Source: an uncultured Aminicenantes bacterium (GTDB lineage Bacteria > Acidobacteriota > Aminicenantia > UBA2199). Taken from it: a stretch of DNA of 64,000 bases. A program made the position numbers and the translations under genes. Location of the stretch: the NCBI GenBank assembly GCA_965195285.1, contig CBDAFS010000003.1, positions 1 to 64,000 of the forward strand, given 5' to 3'. Positions 37,824 to 48,532 of this stretch are shown piece by piece; within the stretch, counting starts at the first letter, position 1, and each line of letters starts with the position of its first letter. Under the pieces are notes generated by a model, which had not been told where the DNA came from, searched no databases, and saw nothing but the letters and a program-made list of their open reading frames with translations.

Positions 37824-39131
37824 TCAGCGAATATAACCCAGGGTTTTGAGTTCTTTTAATTCTTTTTTATCCAAACTTAACTCCACAGTTTCTTGCTTGA
37901 ACTTTGTACAGTTTGATTCAAATTCGATAAATTTATATTTTAGCAGATTAAAAATATTTAAATCTTTATTATAAAGATTGTTCGTCTCATCTGGATCAAC
38001 GGTAAGATCATATAGCTCTTTTAAATCCCTATGGTTAAAAATACATTTCCAATTTTTATGAATCACTGATTTTATGAGAATGTCTTTACTTGTCAGTTTT
38101 ATGTGAAGGTGAGAAAAAATATATCGGGGATTTTTTTCTGATTTACTGCTGAAGACAATCGGCATAAGATTTAATCCCTCATCATTTTGACTTCCATCAA
38201 GGTGAAGATAACCTCTTAAAGTAGGCAAAATATCAATATTACTGACATTATTCCTGATCCGCTTTGGCTGCCTATCTCTTTCCGGGAAGTAAATAAAAAA
38301 AGGTATTTGAATAACTTCAGAATACAATGTCCTACCATGATTTATTTGACCATGATCCCAGAATTCTTCACCATGGTCCGAGGTAATAATAAGAACTGTA
38401 TTTTTATGCCATTCAAACAGCACAAACATCTCCCTTATCATGTCATCTACATAACTGATTTCACTATCATATCTTGATATTATATTGGCCTTCATCTTCT
38501 TGCCTTTTTGATACCAGGGTTTTCTCTTATGATAAGGTTTATGGGGATCATTATAATGTATATATAAGAAATATTTTCCATTGGTTTTAATTTTTGGCGC
38601 CCATTTTTTCAATTGATCATTTACTTCTTTTTTATTTCCCCGGTAATAATCAAACTTGTTGAATATATCAAAGCCCTGGGTAAAACCTTCTTGCTCACAG
38701 ATATTGATATTATTAGCCACTCCATAAGTATAATATCCGTTTTCTTTTAGCACTTCCGGGATAGTTTTTATTTTTTCAGGAATACGATTGATTGTCACTT
38801 CTTTCTTTTTGGGCCGCGGCAGAAACCCCATTACTACACCATGTTGAAAAGGGTAAAGAGAGGTAAAAATTGAAGCTGTAGATGGAGCTGTCCATGAAGA
38901 TGCTGCAAAAGCCTTTTCAAAAACCACACTTTTAGCTGCGATTTCAGAAAGAAAAGGAGCAGTATTTTTTTTATAACCATAAAATGGAAGATGATCGTGT
39001 CGTAAGGTATCAATAACTATCAAAACCACATTTACATTCTTATGGTGTTTTCTACAACCCGGTAGAAAGGTAAAATAGATTATTCCCAACAGAATCATTA
39101 AGGCATAAAAACTTTTATTTCTAAAATTCAT
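37824..39131 (-). CDS. Sulfatase-like (alkaline phosphatase superfamily) lipoprotein
   Basis: Lipobox LPGC; NVVLIVIDTLRHDH, WTAPS, DPHKPY, TSDHGEEF, ELYDL..DP.E, LKTLGY. Confidence 0.85.
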   Translation of the reverse strand: MNFRNKSFYALMILLGIIYFTFLPGCRKHHKNVNVVLIVIDTLRHDHLPFYGYKKNTAPFLSEIAAKSVVFEKAFAASSWTAPSTASIFTSLYPFQHGVVMGFLPRPKKKEVTINRIPEKIKTIPEVLKENGYYTYGVANNINICEQEGFTQGFDIFNKFDYYRGNKKEVNDQLKKWAPKIKTNGKYFLYIHYNDPHKPYHKRKPWYQKGKKMKANIISRYDSEISYVDDMIREMFVLFEWHKNTVLIITSDHGEEFWDHGQINHGRTLYSEVIQIPFFIYFPERDRQPKRIRNNVSNIDILPTLRGYLHLDGSQNDEGLNLMPIVFSSKSEKNPRYIFSHLHIKLTSKDILIKSVIHKNWKCIFNHRDLKELYDLTVDPDETNNLYNKDLNIFNLLKYKFIEFESNCTKFKQETVELSLDKKELKELKTLGYIR

Positions 39132-39153
39132 GATGCTTAACTATGTTAAAAAA

Positions 39154-39226
39154 CGCGCCTGGCTGGATTCGAACCAGCGGCCTTTGGTTCCGGAGACCAA
39201 CACTCTATCCTCTGAGCTACAGGCGC
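39154..39226 (-). tRNA. tRNA-Arg(CCG)
   Basis: Reverse complement GCGCCTGTAGCTCAGAGGATAGAGTG-TTGGT-CTCCGGA-ACCAA...GGTTCGAATCC...CAGGCGCG. Confidence 0.95.
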
Positions 39227-39375
39227 ATGGGAACATTATATCAGAAATACTTCTTACAAAAAAGTATTACCATTATGATTAATCCCCATTCATCATTACC
39301 ATCGATTTAGACCCCAAATTATACTTGACAAAATCGACATTACTCTATACCATAAGAAATTAAAAAGGAGGATAA

Positions 39376-40086
39376 ATGAAAAAATTATTGGTAATTGTTA
39401 TATCAGTACTTTTCCTAACTATTTTATTGAATGCAGATTTTTTAATCAAAACCAAAATGCACATGGATGCTTTTGAAATGATGGGCCAAAAACAGCCGGC
39501 CACCGATGAGATGGTGGAAAACTGGATTGGCAAGAATAGAATGCTCACTCATCAGCAGGAAAAAATATTCATCGTCCGGATGGACCTTAAGAAAATGTAT
39601 TACGCCATGTCCAAAACAAAATCTTATATCGAAATCGACCTGCCCTTTGATTTTTCATCACTATTACCCCCGGAAGCGGTCCAAATGATGAGCATGATGA
39701 AAATGACCCTGAAGGTCACTCCCACCAAAAACACCAAAATGATCAACAAGTGGAATTGTCAGGAGTACATAGTCGAAATGAAGATGGCCATGGGTTCTTA
39801 TACCATGAACATGTGGGTAACCCGGGATATCAATATCAATCTGGATGCCTATGCTGAGATGTATACCAATGTGACCGCAATGGGTTTCATTGAGAATGCG
39901 GATGAATACAAAAAGATCAAAGGCTACCCGATCCATGTTGACATGAATATGAATATGATGGGAATGAATATCAAGGGATTCAATACCGTTATCGAAATTA
40001 TTGAAAAAACTCCACCCAAAGGGCTTTACTCCCCTCCGGCCGGATTCCAGAAAAAGGAAAAACTGGGCATGCAGGATTTCCGTTAA
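39376..40086 (+). CDS. Exported DUF4412-like protein, Met-rich
   Basis: Signal peptide; TKMINKWNCQEY, MWVTRD, IKGYP, YSPPAGF. Confidence 0.7.
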   Translation: MKKLLVIVISVLFLTILLNADFLIKTKMHMDAFEMMGQKQPATDEMVENWIGKNRMLTHQQEKIFIVRMDLKKMYYAMSKTKSYIEIDLPFDFSSLLPPEAVQMMSMMKMTLKVTPTKNTKMINKWNCQEYIVEMKMAMGSYTMNMWVTRDININLDAYAEMYTNVTAMGFIENADEYKKIKGYPIHVDMNMNMMGMNIKGFNTVIEIIEKTPPKGLYSPPAGFQKKEKLGMQDFR

Positions 40087-40133
40087 TAAATCCCCCTGCC
40101 GATCAATTTACTGAATTCCGATTTGATTGATAG

Positions 40134-40826
40134 ATGTTAAACAAACTGTACTGTATATTTATCGCCATTTTTACATTATATTCCTCTATTCAAGCGGATA
40201 TCCTTATCAAGCAGAAAATTCAGAATAACCTCTCCGGTACGGAAATATCGGAAATATGGATTGGGAAAAACCATTACGCTTCCATTCAAAAACGCGAATC
40301 CATTATTGTGGACCTGATCAAAAATGTGCTCTATCGCATCAATCATTCGGCCAGAACTGTCCAGGAATTGGCCATGCCGGTCGAAACCCTGGACTATTTT
40401 CCCCAACCATTAGCCGGACTGCTGGGAGACATGCTGGATTCAATAACCGTTCAGGTTCAATCAATTGATCAAAACCAAACCATCAACAAATGGCAATGCA
40501 ATCGATATGAGGTGGATATTTCGGTTCAACTGGCAGGAGTCCCGGTAATCATCAGCATGGTTATCTGGGCAACTGTTGATGTCCCCTTCGATTGGAGATC
40601 GGTGAACCGAAGATTGAATTTCAATATGATGAAAACCCTGATGAGTTTGAATGAGGAGATTCAGGAAGAAATTAAAAAAATAACCGGTTTCCAAATCGCA
40701 TCGGATATTCGCATCCAGATTGCCGATACCCGGATGAATCTTCGCACCGAAGTGATCGAAATATCACAACGATTACCAGACTCCAAAACCTATTCAATCC
40801 CGAATGATTACCGACATTTGCAATAG
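40134..40826 (+). CDS. Exported DUF4412-like protein (tandem paralog)
   Basis: Shares ADxLIK, WIGKN, INKWxC, KKIxG and YSxP motifs with the upstream gene. Confidence 0.7.
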   Translation: MLNKLYCIFIAIFTLYSSIQADILIKQKIQNNLSGTEISEIWIGKNHYASIQKRESIIVDLIKNVLYRINHSARTVQELAMPVETLDYFPQPLAGLLGDMLDSITVQVQSIDQNQTINKWQCNRYEVDISVQLAGVPVIISMVIWATVDVPFDWRSVNRRLNFNMMKTLMSLNEEIQEEIKKITGFQIASDIRIQIADTRMNLRTEVIEISQRLPDSKTYSIPNDYRHLQ

Positions 40827-40878
40827 ACTGAAAAACAAAAAGCCATGAACCCTGTCAGGTAATCCCTGTCAGGAATGA

Positions 40879-42171
40879 TTAATCAATACTATTCAAGAGT
40901 TTTCTGATTGAAACCAGTGCCTCTGAAGGCGACACTTGCTCAGTTGGATTGAATTGATTTTCTGAATTCAGTTTCATCAACTGGGCATTGATCACAAACT
41001 TGATGATGGCATAATATTTATGAAGCGGAGAAATATCCTCAGGCTCAATCACTTCATCCAAAGGATTGATTTTAATAGAATAGCCCTCGTTCTCCAGATA
41101 AAGGCTCAAGGTATACAGGACCACTGCAAAGGCCGAACGACTGATATCGGTAAATCGCTGAAATCGATGGTCCGGTCTGATCTCCATTATCTTCAAGGTA
41201 CATAATCTAATAATGTAGTCCCGGGCAAATGATCCGGAAATATCTGTGATAATGATGGGAGTGGAATCAAGTTTCAAATAACGATTGAAATAATGACCGA
41301 TCAGGGCGGCCAGGTCTTCACGGTTTAAATAATACTTGAAAAATATATTTTTAAACTTCACAGGAAGATCGGATTCATAAAATTTGATTTTCAAATCGGT
41401 TATTTTATCCAACAGTTCTTTATCCCCCGGTCTTAAATCCAGAATCCTTTTATAGACGATCAGAGCAGAATCATATTTCTCCATCTGCTCATAGATCTGG
41501 CCCAGTTTGGTAAGGATGTCTTCGCGGTTGGGTAGTTTTTCGATAATTTTTTCAAAATGATAGGCCGCATTCTCATATTGCTGGTTTTGATAATAGAAAT
41601 CGGCAATTCTGATTTTAATCTCTATGATATCCTCTGAATAGCTGGCTGCATCTTCAAGTGCTCGGATATAGGCATCATTGTTTTTATTTTTTATTTTTTC
41701 CGCTTTATTCAAGTAAAATTGGGTTTGACCGGACCGAATATGATCATACCGCAACTTTACCCAGGCATTCTCGGGATATTTGGCTCTCAAATGGGCATAT
41801 ACCCGGAAGGCCCGCTCAATATCATCGGACAATTCAAACAGGGTCGCCATGCCCAATTCGGCTTGAATATTATTCGGATTAATTTCCAGAGCCCTTTCAA
41901 AATTCTGTTTGGACAGGCTTATTTTTTTCTGGAGCAACAGGGTGTAACCGAAGGCAACGAATAACTTTTCATCCTCAAGATTACTTTGCTGGAAACTTTC
42001 CATGGCCATCCTGGGGTTTCCTTCTTTAAGTTTATTCCAGCCCTCCATATATGGAGAATCATAATATTCTGACTCACCCAGATCCGGGATATTTATATGC
42101 GGGGCTACCTGTTTCACACCACCGCAACCCAACAGGATTAGCACCAGAGACAACACGATCAACCATTTCAT
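40879..42171 (-). CDS. TPR lipoprotein with degenerate SLH-like C-terminus
   Basis: Lipobox LLGC; TPRs; FNPTEQVS and ISRSAFA SLH-like motifs. Confidence 0.7.
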   Translation of the reverse strand: MKWLIVLSLVLILLGCGGVKQVAPHINIPDLGESEYYDSPYMEGWNKLKEGNPRMAMESFQQSNLEDEKLFVAFGYTLLLQKKISLSKQNFERALEINPNNIQAELGMATLFELSDDIERAFRVYAHLRAKYPENAWVKLRYDHIRSGQTQFYLNKAEKIKNKNNDAYIRALEDAASYSEDIIEIKIRIADFYYQNQQYENAAYHFEKIIEKLPNREDILTKLGQIYEQMEKYDSALIVYKRILDLRPGDKELLDKITDLKIKFYESDLPVKFKNIFFKYYLNREDLAALIGHYFNRYLKLDSTPIIITDISGSFARDYIIRLCTLKIMEIRPDHRFQRFTDISRSAFAVVLYTLSLYLENEGYSIKINPLDEVIEPEDISPLHKYYAIIKFVINAQLMKLNSENQFNPTEQVSPSEALVSIRKLLNSID

Positions 42172-43484
42172 TTTATATAACCTCCGAATTTCTCCTTGAA
42201 TTTTATCATTTTTTCTCTCGAACATAAAACCTCGAGATGGAGCCAGTCCCCTTTCCGGTCATGATGGGTCACAATGGCCCAGTTTCGGATCGAATTCAGG
42301 CTCTTTAAATCCTGAGGAATGGCAAAGGAAAAACGCTGAAAATCTTTAAAATATTTTAAAAATAATATTTTTTTCAAAACCAAAATACCCCTCCCTTGTG
42401 TTGCCGACACAAAGACCTCCGATTCCGAATCGCCCTTCTGAAACCCGGATTGATTCCCGGAATCCCATTTTTCATACTCAGGATCTTTTTTCATTTCGAT
42501 TATATCGGGTGAGTCCGGATTCAGCAGATCCGTTTTATTGTAGACATCAATGATCCTATCCTCTGGAATTTTTATCTCCTCCAGCACTTTTTCTACTTCT
42601 TTTTTTTGATTCAGATAATCGGGTCGGGAGATATCAATGACATGCAACACGATATCTGCATGTATCATTTCCTCCAGGGTTGCCCGGAAGGATTTGAGTA
42701 ACTCACTGGGCATTTGCCGGATAAATCCAACCGTATCGGACAACAGAAAATAGAATCCCCTCTCAATTTCATTCAAATCCACCCTCCGAAGCAGAGGGTC
42801 CAACGTTGAAAACATCTTGTTGGAAATAAATACATTTTCGCCGGTCAATGTTTTAAACAGAGTAGATTTCCCCGCTGAAGTATATCCAACCAGAGAGACC
42901 ACCGGAATCGGAAATTCATCTCGGTTTTTTCGCTGTATATTCCGGTTTTTGATCACCCTGACCAACCGTTTATTGATGATCGAAATCCTCTTTTTTATCC
43001 GCCTCCGATCTACTTCAAGTTTTGTTTCTCCCGGGCCTCTGGTCCCGATTCCACCTCCCAGTCTGGACAGTTCAACACCCTTTCCGGTCAATCTGGGAAG
43101 CAAGTATAAATGCTGGGCCAACTCCACCTGAAGCTTGCCTTCGAGCGATCTGGCCCGGGTAGCAAAAATATCTAAAATCAGGCGGGACCGATCGATAACT
43201 TTCAAGTCGAAAAATCTCTCCAGATTTCGCTGTTGAATATTGGTCAATTGATTGTAAAACACAACCAAATCAATATGTTTTGCATAGGCAAAATTCTTTA
43301 TCTCTGTAGCCTTGCCCTTACCAAGGAGATATTTTTTATCCGGAGCATTCCGTTTCTGAAAGAAGACTTTAACCACATCTCCACCGGCACTGCGGGTTAA
43401 CTGTTCCAGTTCCTCCATGATGTAATCGATTTCATAACCCTGCTTCCGGGTATCAAACATGCCCACCAGTATCGATTTTTCCAT
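42168..43484 (-). CDS. hflX: GTPase HflX
   Basis: EGKLQVELAQ, GGGIGTRGPGETKLE, VGYTSAGKST, DTVGFI, NKTD. Confidence 0.96.
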   Translation of the reverse strand: MEKSILVGMFDTRKQGYEIDYIMEELEQLTRSAGGDVVKVFFQKRNAPDKKYLLGKGKATEIKNFAYAKHIDLVVFYNQLTNIQQRNLERFFDLKVIDRSRLILDIFATRARSLEGKLQVELAQHLYLLPRLTGKGVELSRLGGGIGTRGPGETKLEVDRRRIKKRISIINKRLVRVIKNRNIQRKNRDEFPIPVVSLVGYTSAGKSTLFKTLTGENVFISNKMFSTLDPLLRRVDLNEIERGFYFLLSDTVGFIRQMPSELLKSFRATLEEMIHADIVLHVIDISRPDYLNQKKEVEKVLEEIKIPEDRIIDVYNKTDLLNPDSPDIIEMKKDPEYEKWDSGNQSGFQKGDSESEVFVSATQGRGILVLKKILFLKYFKDFQRFSFAIPQDLKSLNSIRNWAIVTHHDRKGDWLHLEVLCSREKMIKFKEKFGGYIK

Positions 43485-43502
43485 TAGGCTTTCAACACCA
43501 GA

Positions 43503-44426
43503 TTACCGGCCTCCGGCTGTTGATAAACGGGACTTTATCCACTCAACAATTTGCTCGAATTGAGAAGGATTAAACCAGGCAATGTCCCTTTCCTGCCGAA
43601 ACCAGGAGAGTTGCCGCTTGGCAAAATTTCGGGTGTGCTGTTTGATCAGATTTGTGGCGGTCTCCAGATTTATCAAACCATCCAGGTGCATGGAGATTTC
43701 TTTATAACCCAACGATTTGAATGGGGGGCAATTGGCCGGATATTTTTTTCTCAACAACTGAACTTCCCGGATTAAACCTGAATTCAGCATTTGATCCACC
43801 CGCTGATTGATTCTCTGATACAATTCATCCCTGTCCAGGGTCAGTCCGATCCGGATAATCAAATAGTCCCGGAAGGGAGTCCGGGTCGTTTTGAAGATTT
43901 CCGTTGGAGGCAATCCCTGGTTGTGGTAGATCTCCAAACCCCTGATGATTCTAATCCGATCATTGGGACTGATTTTCACTGCATATTCCGGGTCCACCCG
44001 GTTTAATTTTTCCCAGAGCGAGGACAACCCATCATGATCCGCCTGCTGGTTCAATTCTTCCCTGGATACTTTATTTTCAGTCTGCTCAGGGAAAATGCCC
44101 CGGATCATGATTTTCAAATATAAAGCCGTACCACCGCAGACAATGGGAAAACATCCCCGGCTGATAATATCTTCAGATACCTTAAACGACATGCTCAGGA
44201 ACCTGGCCGCATTATATTGTGAACAATCGGAAAAAACATCAATCAGATAATGGGGAATCTTCTTTAATTCTCCTTTGTCCAGTTTTGCGGTTCCGATATT
44301 GAAGTCACGGTAAACCTGCATGGAATCGGCGGAAATGATTTCTCCATCAAGTTCAGGGGCCAGCGCCAAAGCCAGTTTACTTTTTCCCACTCCGGTTGGT
44401 CCGAGTACCTGAACGATTCTCTTCAT
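43503..44426 (-). CDS. miaA: tRNA dimethylallyltransferase
   Basis: GPTGVGKS, ISADSMQVY, IGTAK, GGTALY, TRNFAKRQLSWF. Confidence 0.96.
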   Translation of the reverse strand: MKRIVQVLGPTGVGKSKLALALAPELDGEIISADSMQVYRDFNIGTAKLDKGELKKIPHYLIDVFSDCSQYNAARFLSMSFKVSEDIISRGCFPIVCGGTALYLKIMIRGIFPEQTENKVSREELNQQADHDGLSSLWEKLNRVDPEYAVKISPNDRIRIIRGLEIYHNQGLPPTEIFKTTRTPFRDYLIIRIGLTLDRDELYQRINQRVDQMLNSGLIREVQLLRKKYPANCPPFKSLGYKEISMHLDGLINLETATNLIKQHTRNFAKRQLSWFRQERDIAWFNPSQFEQIVEWIKSRLSTAGGR

Positions 44427-44553
44427 GTATTTAATACTTTTTCCTTCCCCCAATTGTTATCATGTCCCGATTAACACGTGATGAGGGCATACAGACCAAC
44501 AAACAATATTATTAAAAAAAGCATCTGTTTCTCCTGTAATTTCTGTTTCCGAT

Positions 44554-45693
44554 TCAATGGAACCATTTTAATATTTGTTGTTCATATTCAATTCCCAGAT
44601 GTTTTTTGACTGCATATATCTCCGCATACAAAATCTCTTCCAATCCTTTGACGAACTCCCCGATATACTGTTCAAAATCATAATACCACACCGATTTCAG
44701 AATGGGCGTTTTCTGTATACTACCATCTGTCCCTAATGTCACTTTTTTTAAAAAAAATGGGAGTTTTTCCACAACATCCTCAATGGATTTTGAAAGTATG
44801 GACAGGGCTATGGGCCCGATTTCCTTTGATAGGATCTTATATATCATTTCATATTTCAAATTGAAATATCCCAGGGCTTCATCAAAAGATACAAATGTAC
44901 TGATGGAAATCACCCCCGCTTCTTCGGAATAGACTGACTTTTTTTTCCCTGAGGGGTCAAATCGCCTCTTTACAGGTAACTCGGCCTTTTCACTGGAAAT
45001 GATCTCCAGAACCAGAAACATTAACAGTATCCTCAGGGTATCAAATTTCAGCAGCTCACTCATTTTTAAGATATCCTTGATCCTGGATTCCTTCTCTACC
45101 AGTTGAAGAATATGAAGTTCATAGGGTTTCAGCTCCAGCCCCCGGGCTGCATCCGGATTATATAGAAACAAATGGTTGATATTTTCCAGTTTCTTAAATA
45201 GAACTTCTTCATCTTCAAAATCCCTCATACCCTCCACAATAATGGATAAAATATCAACATCCAGGACAATGTTCTCATTGAATTCATTTTTTTCCGTCTT
45301 GATCCGGTATTCGGCATCCCCCACCTGAAAAAATGAAAAAAGCAGACACTTCAAGTGACTCTGAATGGCCTTCCAGAAGTGGTCATTACTCAGAAAGTCG
45401 AGTTCCAGTAAGGCTCTTCCAAAGCGAATTTTATTCTTTTTCATCCGCGCAGAGGCTTTCTTGGCCGTGCCCTCATCTATGATTTTTTCTCTTATCAGGT
45501 ATTGTCCCAGTGTATTGTCCTCTGATCCCGAACTGGCAAAGACAATTTTACGATTTTCGACGATAATGGTGCTGATCCGGGCTTCATGATGGAGCTCGAG
45601 GGTACCTGAAATGGATTTTTTATACATGCCATATAAAATGGAGGGAAAGTCCAGAGCCTTCATCTCTCCTGAAAGTGAAAAAACGTTTTCCAT
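44554..45693 (-). CDS. DUF4388/PatA-N-like domain protein
   Basis: LSGEMKALDFPSIL..SGTLEL..IVFASS..LGQYL..RFGRALL. Confidence 0.7.
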   Translation of the reverse strand: MENVFSLSGEMKALDFPSILYGMYKKSISGTLELHHEARISTIIVENRKIVFASSGSEDNTLGQYLIREKIIDEGTAKKASARMKKNKIRFGRALLELDFLSNDHFWKAIQSHLKCLLFSFFQVGDAEYRIKTEKNEFNENIVLDVDILSIIVEGMRDFEDEEVLFKKLENINHLFLYNPDAARGLELKPYELHILQLVEKESRIKDILKMSELLKFDTLRILLMFLVLEIISSEKAELPVKRRFDPSGKKKSVYSEEAGVISISTFVSFDEALGYFNLKYEMIYKILSKEIGPIALSILSKSIEDVVEKLPFFLKKVTLGTDGSIQKTPILKSVWYYDFEQYIGEFVKGLEEILYAEIYAVKKHLGIEYEQQILKWFH

Positions 45694-47168
45694 TAAAATA
45701 TCATTGATAGTTCAAGTTGCTTTGACTTGTTGCTATCCCTTTCCACCTGGATCTGGTCCAGAATTTCTTTGGTTACATCACCGGTTGGATAAACACCTGA
45801 AAAACAGGCCTTGCAGAATGACTTGATGGATTTATTTTCTTCCCGGACCGCTTGCTCCATATCTTTGATATCCTGATATATCACCGTATCGGCATGAATC
45901 TTCAAGGCCACCTGAGCCGGGGTTGAATTCCTGGCAATAAATTCGCTTTTGGTCTGCATATCAATCCCATAGACACATGGACTGACCAGCGGTGCCGAGT
46001 AAGAGGCAAAATAAACCTTGGAGGCCCCCGCATCACGAACAATCTGGATGATGGATCTGGAGGTGTTTCCCCTGACAATGGAATCATCCACAAGCAGGAC
46101 TTTCTTGCCCTCAAACACACTGGCGATAGGACTCAATTTCTGGCTGATGGACTTTTTACGAATCTTATCGCCGGGCATGATAAAGGTTCTGCCGATATAT
46201 CGATTTTTAACCAGCCCCTCCCGATAGGTCTTCTTTAAGATGCGCGCAATTTCAATGGCTGCTGCCCGGGCTGAATCCGGTATGGGAACCACCACATCAA
46301 TATCAATATTGGCCATTTTTATCTTTTTTGCCAAACGATTTCCCAGCATGACCCTGGCTTGATACACATTGATTTTGTTGAGAATTGAATCCGGACGGGC
46401 AAAATAGATATATTCAAAGATACAGGGCCTGAAAGGCTTCCGGGCTATTTTTTTTTCAAATACATTTTTTCTTTGATCGATGAATATGGCGGAGCCGTGT
46501 TCTACATCACGAATATTCCTGAATCCGATTGAATCCAGTGAAACACTTTCCGAGGCAAAGGCAAAAGAATTAACCAGTTTATCTTTTTTAATACCAAACA
46601 GCAACGGCCTCAATCCGAAGGGATCCCGAAACCCAACCATTCCGATTCCGGCAATGTACAGAACCACGGAATAACTGCCCTTAACCCTCCTGAATACATA
46701 ACGCACGGCATTGAATATGAGTTCGGGCGAAATATGCTGGGAATGGAACTTTTCAAGGTATTCGGCAAAGACATGCAGGATCACCTCCACATCACAATTG
46801 GAATTGATAATCTTATGCGATTTTTCAAACAATTCCTTTTTCAGCTGCAAGAAATTGGTCACATTTCCGTTATGGGCACCACAAATTCCAAATGGAAAAC
46901 TGATCCAGAAAGGCTGAGCATCTTCCACCGAACCTTCGCCAACCGTGGGATAACGGGTGTGGCCGATACCTATATTGCCCTTCAAGCGGGTGATATTGGT
47001 GCCGTCAAAAATATCTTTAACCAGACCATTCCCCCTTTTCAGATGGAAACGGCCATCGTAAGTGAGAATTCCGGCTGAATCCTGACCTCGATGCTGAAGG
47101 GTCATCATAGCCGTATACACTTTGGCAACAACCTCTTCGTTATCAAATAATCCAATCACACCACACAT
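45693..47168 (-). CDS. purF: Amidophosphoribosyltransferase
   Basis: MCGVIG N-terminal Cys, QHRGQDSAG, GHTRYPT, CIFEYIYFARPDS, VDDSIVRGNT. Confidence 0.97.
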   Translation of the reverse strand: MCGVIGLFDNEEVVAKVYTAMMTLQHRGQDSAGILTYDGRFHLKRGNGLVKDIFDGTNITRLKGNIGIGHTRYPTVGEGSVEDAQPFWISFPFGICGAHNGNVTNFLQLKKELFEKSHKIINSNCDVEVILHVFAEYLEKFHSQHISPELIFNAVRYVFRRVKGSYSVVLYIAGIGMVGFRDPFGLRPLLFGIKKDKLVNSFAFASESVSLDSIGFRNIRDVEHGSAIFIDQRKNVFEKKIARKPFRPCIFEYIYFARPDSILNKINVYQARVMLGNRLAKKIKMANIDIDVVVPIPDSARAAAIEIARILKKTYREGLVKNRYIGRTFIMPGDKIRKKSISQKLSPIASVFEGKKVLLVDDSIVRGNTSRSIIQIVRDAGASKVYFASYSAPLVSPCVYGIDMQTKSEFIARNSTPAQVALKIHADTVIYQDIKDMEQAVREENKSIKSFCKACFSGVYPTGDVTKEILDQIQVERDSNKSKQLELSMIF

Positions 47169-47369
47169 GAAATGCCCTTTATACCATAATTGTTTATATC
47201 CTGAATCACAAAAAATGTCAATATTGTAATTCACAACCCCCGTCCCCTACTTAGTTGATTTCTTATCATTTTTCCTATAGTATCTTCATGAGAGTTAAGT
47301 AATTTCAATACTAATTTAATATTAATTATAAAAATAGTTATATGGCCTTATTTCACTTTACAAATTAAA

Positions 47370-48470
47370 ATGATATTAAAAGAAAAATATGCTGTAATCG
47401 GAGCCGGATGCGGTGGGCAGGCTATAACAGGCTATCTTGCATCCATAGGCGTTGATGTGACTTTATATAACAGGTCAAGTGACAGGATCAGACCTTTACA
47501 AAAAGAATGTTATATTGATCTGGAAGGCACCATGAAAGGGAGAGGTAAATCGCATTATATTGGTACGGATATTTCTAGAGCTCTTGCAGGGAGAAATATT
47601 ATCATGGTTGTTATAACAGCAGATGGACACAAAGAGATTGCTCAAAAGATTGCTCCATATTTAAGTGATGGCCAGATAATCATTCTTAATCCAGGAAGGA
47701 CATGTGGTGTTCTGGAATTTGATTATACACTTAGAAAATGTTGTTGTAAAGCTGATGTTGTAGTCGCAGAAGCTAATACTTTAGTGTTTACAGTAAGAGT
47801 AAAAACTCCTGGGATTGCAACAATAAAAGGTGTAAAAAGAGAGGTTTCTGTTTCAGCATTAAATGCTAAGGATACAGCAAACCTAATTGGCAGAATTCAT
47901 TCTACTTTTCCTCAATTTGTTGCTGCGACCTCTTTTTTAGAGACAAGTTTTGGTAATATAGGAGCAATATTTCATCCTGCAATTACATTGTTGAATAAGG
48001 ACAGGATTTTATCAAAGGAGACATTTGATTTCTACATAGAAGGAGTTACGAAAAAAGTTGCTGATCTTATTGAAAAAGTTGATTATGAAGCACAAAATGT
48101 AGCAAAAGCATTAGGGACAAAGTCATTGTCTGCCAGAGACTGGCTAAGTTCCAGGTATGATCTGGAACTTTTTGATTTCTTTACCATGATAAAATCAAAC
48201 CCAACCTATTATGGAATAAAGGCACCGACATCATTAAACCACAGGTACTTATGGGAAGACATTCCTACAGGACTTGTACCTATATCCTCATTTGGAAGCG
48301 CACTCGGTGTTTCAACAGAGGCGATTAATTTTCTGATTGATGAGGGTTGTAATATTTTGCAGAGAAATTTTTGGGAAGAAGGAAGAACACCTGAAAAATT
48401 GGGTTTATCTAGAGAAAATATTTTGTCAGACCTGGAAAAAATAATTGATTATAAAAAAGAGATAGCATAA
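47370..48470 (+). CDS. NAD/NADP-dependent octopine/nopaline (opine) dehydrogenase family protein
   Basis: AVIGAGCGG Rossmann motif, NPGRT, AEANT, NIGAIFHP, RYLWEDIPTGL. Confidence 0.88.
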   Translation: MILKEKYAVIGAGCGGQAITGYLASIGVDVTLYNRSSDRIRPLQKECYIDLEGTMKGRGKSHYIGTDISRALAGRNIIMVVITADGHKEIAQKIAPYLSDGQIIILNPGRTCGVLEFDYTLRKCCCKADVVVAEANTLVFTVRVKTPGIATIKGVKREVSVSALNAKDTANLIGRIHSTFPQFVAATSFLETSFGNIGAIFHPAITLLNKDRILSKETFDFYIEGVTKKVADLIEKVDYEAQNVAKALGTKSLSARDWLSSRYDLELFDFFTMIKSNPTYYGIKAPTSLNHRYLWEDIPTGLVPISSFGSALGVSTEAINFLIDEGCNILQRNFWEEGRTPEKLGLSRENILSDLEKIIDYKKEIA

Positions 48471-48532
48471 ATTATTGATTTTTTAGTTAATCTGGTACTC
48501 TAAGATAATACTTTCAGATTTATAGATAAAAA

